Positions 61,485 to 64,000 of a stretch of DNA of 64,000 nucleotides are shown in pieces. The DNA is from Halioglobus sp. (GTDB taxonomy: Bacteria > Pseudomonadota > Gammaproteobacteria > Pseudomonadales > Halieaceae), in assembly GCA_045110675.1 (NCBI GenBank), contig JBGCGJ010000011.1:54421-118420 (forward strand). The letters are read 5' to 3'. Within the stretch, counting starts at the first letter, position 1. Each line of letters opens with the position of its first letter. Below the pieces are notes generated by a model. That model was not told the origin of the DNA and ran no database searches. It saw only the letters and a list, made by a program, of their open reading frames with translations. Position numbers and translations under genes: made by a program.

Positions 61485-61495
61485 TAATTTTAATA

Positions 61496-61571
61496 TGGCG
61501 TCCCCTAGGGGGTTCGAACCCCTGTTACCGCCGTGAAAGGGCAGTGTCCTGGACCACTAGACGAAGGGGAC
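61496..61571 (-). tRNA. tRNA-Glu (anticodon UUC), second copy
   Basis: 76 nt with 74/76 identity to the copy at 32487-32562. The differences are at tRNA positions 19 and 21 (GGCCTAGG versus GGTCCAGG). Confidence 0.95.
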
Positions 61572-61610
61572 GCAGCGCGCTTGCGGCAGTCAAACTGCGA
61601 CAGCGGCGGT

Positions 61611-61638
61611 ATTGTACCGAAGCCGTCGTTCATTGCAA
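61611..61638 (-). promoter_or_regulatory. candidate sigma-70 promoter of the second tRNA-Glu
   Basis: Minus strand: TTGCAA, a 16-nt spacer, then TACAAT, about 40 nt upstream of the tRNA 5' end. Confidence 0.4.
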
Positions 61639-61835
61639 ACTTTAGACGGCCAGTTGCAGACGATCTTTGGTTCGCAGGATCGGATCAACACGGTGTGCTG
61701 AATATCGGGGAGTCACCACACAGAAGCATTTTCCTTTGAGCCTGGATAGTGACAGTATGATTGCTAAAGAGGTTCTAGATCTGAGTAAACAATTGAAGCA
61801 GGTGTCCGTCTGGCAACAGGTCGACGAGCGTTTGC

Positions 61836-62744
61836 TTGCCTAGAGTCATTGAGCGAGGGAGATCTGGAATCTTGCAAGATACTAAAAGCCACTCGGCATT
61901 GCAGTCGGTTTCGCCCACGCTACTGGTACTGCTGTCTATAAGCTCTATCCAGGTAGGCGCAGCGCTGGCGACGGGTCTCTTTCCAGCATTGGGTGCCGAG
62001 GGCACGGTTGCGGTGCGAATTCTGTTCTCTGCGCTGATTTTGTTGCTGGCATCGCGCCGGAGATTACCCAAGCTGCACAGACAACTGGTTCGGCACTGGC
62101 CGACCCTACTGCTCTTCGGTTTGTGCATCGCCGCGATGAATTTCTTCTTTTACAAGTCCATTGCGATAATTCCGCTGGGAACCGCCGTAGCCTTCGAGTT
62201 CATTGGTCCTTTGGGAGTTGCCGCAGTCACATCCAGGCGAAGAAGTCACTTTGCCTGGGTATTCTTAGCAGCGGTGGGTATTGTTCTTTTATCGCCCTTG
62301 TCAGGCGCTAGTTTGGATACTCTTGGTATCTTTTACGCACTGCTTGCGGGAGCGGGCTGGGCTTGCTTTATCATTCTGGCAGCTCGGGTGGGAAAACAGG
62401 TGCCGGGAAACGACGGCTTGATTATCGCAATGACAGTCGCTGCCGTTGCCATGCTTCCCTTCGCCGCCCCAGTATCAGCAGTGCTGGTAGCAGACCCGGC
62501 CCTGTTGCTTGCCTGTGTGGGCATCGCGCTGATTTCAACCACTTTACCGTTTATGTTTGAGTTTGCCGCGCTTAAACGTATGCCAAAGCGAAACTACGGC
62601 GTGCTCGTCAGCGTAGAGCCCGCGGTAGCAGCCTTGGTTGGCGCAGTGCTGTTGGGGGAACGCATCGGCACACAAAGTATGATCGCGGTCGCTTGCGTTG
62701 TCATTGCCGCGATCGGCATTAGCATTTCCGACGCTCAGAAGTAA
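61836..62744 (+). CDS. EamA/DMT family transporter (RhtA-like exporter)
   Basis: About 300 aa with 10 TM helices in two EamA-like halves. The TTG start is uncertain; an in-frame TTG at 61872 is an alternative. Confidence 0.7.
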   Translation: MPRVIERGRSGILQDTKSHSALQSVSPTLLVLLSISSIQVGAALATGLFPALGAEGTVAVRILFSALILLLASRRRLPKLHRQLVRHWPTLLLFGLCIAAMNFFFYKSIAIIPLGTAVAFEFIGPLGVAAVTSRRRSHFAWVFLAAVGIVLLSPLSGASLDTLGIFYALLAGAGWACFIILAARVGKQVPGNDGLIIAMTVAAVAMLPFAAPVSAVLVADPALLLACVGIALISTTLPFMFEFAALKRMPKRNYGVLVSVEPAVAALVGAVLLGERIGTQSMIAVACVVIAAIGISISDAQK

Positions 62745-62795
62745 TAGGGATGGGCGCGTGTTCTACCTAGATAGTCGACACAGCTATGAAGTCCG

Positions 62796-63518
62796 TTACT
62801 CGGTATCTTCAACTTGAGAAATCAGTTCGTCTAACTCTACATGGCGAACATCCAACCCACGCACCAGGTAAATTACATGTTCGGCGATGTTGGCAGCATG
62901 ATCACCAATCCGCTCCAGACTTCGAAGTGCCCACATTTCATTCAAAACAGAAGTTATCACTCTTGGGTCTTCCATCATGAAGGTGACAAGACTGCGCATA
63001 GCGCTACCGTATTCCTTATCCACCGCATTGTCTTGTCGAACAACTTCGACGGCCGTATCGACATCCAGGCGTGTAAAGGCATCCAGTGCTTTACGCAACA
63101 TGTCAGCTACATGCAGACCGATATGGCGAATTTCTACAAAATTGCTCGGGGAAACACCTTCCTCAGAAAGCTTGATTGCCTGGCGTGCAATTTTTGCCGC
63201 CTCATCGCCAATCCTTTCCAAATCTGTAATAACACGAGCCACGGATAAAACCAGCCGCAAATCGCTGGCGGCAGGCTGTCGTCGAGCGAGTATACGCGAG
63301 CACTCATCATCGATGCTCATCTCCATTCGATTCACCTCTTGATCCAGCGAAATGACTTTACTCGCTTCGCCGCTATCGAGTGTCACCAAGGCTTCTACAG
63401 CAGCGCTCAGTTGCTGTTCTACTCTGCCACCCATCTCAAGCAAATGATTTTTTACCCCTTCCAGTTCAGCATTGAACTGCGCAGAGATATGCTGTTTGTA
63501 ACTATCTTGATTCAACAT
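62796..63518 (-). CDS. phoU: phosphate signalling complex protein PhoU
   Basis: 240 aa with two PhoU repeats (DLERIGDEAAKIA, SLERIGDHAANIAE). Confidence 0.92.
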   Translation of the reverse strand: MLNQDSYKQHISAQFNAELEGVKNHLLEMGGRVEQQLSAAVEALVTLDSGEASKVISLDQEVNRMEMSIDDECSRILARRQPAASDLRLVLSVARVITDLERIGDEAAKIARQAIKLSEEGVSPSNFVEIRHIGLHVADMLRKALDAFTRLDVDTAVEVVRQDNAVDKEYGSAMRSLVTFMMEDPRVITSVLNEMWALRSLERIGDHAANIAEHVIYLVRGLDVRHVELDELISQVEDTE

Positions 63519-63529
63519 GGCAAGTTCCT

Positions 63530-64000
63530 CTAGCCGTAGCGCCCGGTAATATAGTCTTCGGTTTGCTTTTTGGCGGGGTTGGTAAACAGGGTATCAGTGT
63601 CGTCGTATTCGATTAGCTGCCCCATATACATAAATGCAGTCATGTCTGACACACGCGCCGCTTGCTGCATATTGTGTGTGACAATAACAATGGTAAAGCG
63701 CGACTTAAGTTCGTATATCAGCTCTTCAATTTTTAAGGTAGAGATCGGGTCCAGAGCGGAAGCCGGCTCATCCAGAAGAAGCACCTCAGGTTCTACGGCG
63801 ATAGTTCGAGCGATTACTAAGCGCTGTTGCTGACCTCCCGATAAACCCAGAGCGCTGTCGTCCAGTCGATCTTTCACTTCATCCCACAAGGCAGAGGAAC
63901 GCAGAGACTTTTCCACCACTTCATCGAGAACACGTTTTTTGTTAATACCCTGAATTCTCAAACCGTAAGCGACGTTTTCATATATTGATTTTGGGAAGGG
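63530..64000 (-). CDS. pstB: phosphate ABC transporter ATP-binding protein PstB (5' part lies beyond the window end)
   Basis: Signature LSGGQQQRL, Walker [12 protein letters not shown] and [15 protein letters not shown]. The reading frame stays open to position 64000. Confidence 0.9.
   Translation of the reverse strand, partial: PFPKSIYENVAYGLRIQGINKKRVLDEVVEKSLRSSALWDEVKDRLDDSALGLSGGQQQRLVIARTIAVEPEVLLLDEPASALDPISTLKIEELIYELKSRFTIVIVTHNMQQAARVSDMTAFMYMGQLIEYDDTDTLFTNPAKKQTEDYITGRYG

Overview
This is a gene-dense chromosomal segment with about 60 CDS and 4 tRNAs. Gene order resembles Pseudomonas-like or marine oligotrophic Gammaproteobacteria, but that taxonomic call is a guess from synteny alone.

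The right half (about 32-64 kb) is core housekeeping. It holds a tRNA-Glu/tRNA-Gly operon, msrB, an ATP-NAD-kinase-like gene, pdxB, xni, epmC, tusA, yheU, a gcvR-like gene, aroC, prmB, folE, sixA, gpsA and htpG with a textbook sigma-32 promoter. It also holds the complete sdhCDAB-sucAB-lpd-sucCD block with divergent gltA, a long KAS III paralogue, a hisC-like aminotransferase, a second inverted tRNA-Glu, an EamA exporter and phoU-pstB (pstB runs off the window).

The left half (1-32 kb) is metabolically more accessory-like:
- A nucleoside-scavenging and deoxyribose-catabolism cluster: PGM2-type mutase, deoD, exported adenosine-deaminase homologue, P450, long deoC, a 807-aa aldehyde dehydrogenase made of one and a half ALDH domains, a NupC-family transporter and an exported amidohydrolase.
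- A CYP153-type alkane hydroxylase with its ferredoxin.
- A CPA1 antiporter, a GGDEF-EAL protein and a TerC-family protein.
- A hydrolase-OsmC fusion, an IorAB-type molybdenum hydroxylase, a 2OG oxygenase, a tandem-CDGSH/bicupin fusion protein and a divergent NSS symporter.
- tRNA-Ser, queF and yadGH.

I found no CRISPR array, transposase or integrase, prophage, toxin-antitoxin or recognisable defence genes, and no classical HTH regulator. I therefore cannot honestly name a clear-cut novel system. The least explained items are the CDGSH-bicupin protein and its oxidative neighbourhood, the truncated-duplicate ALDH next to deoC, the non-canonical deo cluster with exported deaminases, and two ORF-free gaps of about 0.45-0.5 kb. 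Several ORF-track starts are 5'-extended, and I give trimmed coordinates where the sequence supports them.
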